DNA of 54,057 nucleotides from a virus (Duplodnaviria; Caudoviricetes): IMG/VR virus record IMGVR_UViG_3300027986_000324, positions 1 to 54,057 of that record; one strand, 5' to 3'. Shown piece by piece: positions 52,932 to 54,057 of this stretch (position 1 is its first letter; each line of letters starts with the position of its first letter). The notes under the pieces were generated by a model. It saw only the letters and a program-made list of their open reading frames with translations, ran no database searches and was not told where the DNA came from. The position numbers and the translations under genes were made by a program.

Positions 52932-54057
52932 ACGAGGAGAAATTTACCACTACCTCTTTTATGTTCAGGGTCGCCGATACAAAGGCAGCACGGGGACCTC
53001 GAACCCAAAAGAGGCGGCGAAAATAGCAGCGCGGAAGCGGGTTACTGTAGAGCGAGGCGAAGAGCTGAAACCCAAACCCGCACCCTTGATCCAGGAAGCC
53101 ATGAAGGAATTTGTTGAGTGGATCGAACAGACCGCCAGGAGTCCCAAGACCAAAGCGGACTATAAGAACGGCGCCCGCCTGGTCTTAGGCTCGAAGCTCC
53201 TCGGGATGCGGATCGACCGCATCACCGATGACGACATCAACACCACGCACTTCCACGACTCCCCCTACAGCGCCAACTCCGCCCTGCGTACCTTGCGGCG
53301 GATGCTGCGGAGGGCCAAAAGGAAAGGAGACTTGCTTAAAGATCCACCCGCAATCCGGTGCCTGGATGCCCCGCGCCGCGAAATCATGGTCGCGGACCAG
53401 GACGAAACCCGCATCCTGGCCGCCATCGAGCAGGCCGATGGAACGCGCCGTTACAGACGTCGCGAACCGGCGCCGCTGCGCGAAGTTTTCCTCATCATGA
53501 TGGACAGCGGGATGCGCGACGGCGAAGTAGTTTCCATGCGCTGGGAGCACGTCCACTGGCAGGAAGCGTTCTACTTTAATCCTGCCGGCAAAACCAAAAA
53601 GGCGCGCCGCCGCGTTCCACTGAGCGAGCGCGTCATTGCATTGCTGCGCGAGCAGCAAGAGTCCTGCGGGTCTACCACGGTGAGCAGGCATGCCAGCAAT
53701 GGGAAGTCTGTACCCAAACACGGTAGCTCCGGCGGGAGTGTAGGGGAGACGCACCCCTTACCCGCAGGATTTGTTTTCCCTTCCACTAAGTCCAGGTCCG
53801 GCCACGTCGAGCTGCGCGCCCTGCAGCGCAAGTTCCGTTCTATCGCGGATGGCCTCGGCCTGCCGTGCCAACTCAAGCTCTATTGCGCCCGTCACACGTT
53901 TGGAACGGTCGCGATGGACAAAACCCGCAACCCCTACCTGGTCAAAGAAGTCATGGGCCATGAGTCGCTCGATACGACCATGGGCTACATGCATTCCGAG
54001 ACAGCACAAATCAAAGCAGTCATCGACAGCCACAACCGTAGCAAGATGGTGAACTAG
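52918..54057 (+). CDS. int: tyrosine integrase
   Basis: N-terminal arm-binding domain; SGMR.GE, K, Y.ARHTF, MGH and T..Y catalytic motifs. Confidence 0.95.
   Translation: MSVFKRGEIYHYLFYVQGRRYKGSTGTSNPKEAAKIAARKRVTVERGEELKPKPAPLIQEAMKEFVEWIEQTARSPKTKADYKNGARLVLGSKLLGMRIDRITDDDINTTHFHDSPYSANSALRTLRRMLRRAKRKGDLLKDPPAIRCLDAPRREIMVADQDETRILAAIEQADGTRRYRRREPAPLREVFLIMMDSGMRDGEVVSMRWEHVHWQEAFYFNPAGKTKKARRRVPLSERVIALLREQQESCGSTTVSRHASNGKSVPKHGSSGGSVGETHPLPAGFVFPSTKSRSGHVELRALQRKFRSIADGLGLPCQLKLYCARHTFGTVAMDKTRNPYLVKEVMGHESLDTTMGYMHSETAQIKAVIDSHNRSKMVN

Noticed and set aside
1-54057. CRISPR array, diversity-generating retroelement, IS element or rRNA
   Set aside because: No spaced repeat array, reverse transcriptase, transposase or rRNA sequence seen; the only long repeat is the exact groES duplication

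Overview
This window looks like a complete ~54 kb temperate phage genome in its circular (excised) form, opened just after the integrase stop codon. An attP-like tRNA-Arg(ACG) 3' fragment sits at 135-190 and xis/int close the window. The minus-strand late operon (~36.6 kb to 6.4 kb) is P22-like: terS, terL split into two genes, portal, scaffold, coat, gp4- and gp10-like tail hub proteins, a GNAT protein, three ejection proteins and fibre/spike genes. A leftward early operon carries Sak4-like ATPase, ParB, Csp, a replication initiator with iterons and a DnaC-like loader. A rightward operon carries an adenine methyltransferase, xis and int. Several small proteins resemble families I recall from Acidobacteriota; this host assignment is an unverified inference. 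The most unusual observations are: (1) four virion-type genes, all outer appendages, each begin with a Sec signal peptide predicted to be cleaved before Gln, and no endolysin is recognisable; (2) a cassette of a secreted Cys-rich micro-peptide (CC-X4-C-X3-C), a 7TM membrane protein, a coupled helical protein and a wHTH protein may be a phage peptide-signalling system; (3) a shared MVPLSSLL-like motif occurs in ejection proteins and small basic proteins; (4) there is a type-P5 twister ribozyme; (5) terL is split around five genes; (6) there are host-mimic genes (ACP lacking its Ser, RNAP omega-like, GroES, Fis, Csp); and (7) a palindrome TCCAGACGTCTG is dispersed across the genome. All calls come from reading the sequence by eye; no searches were run.
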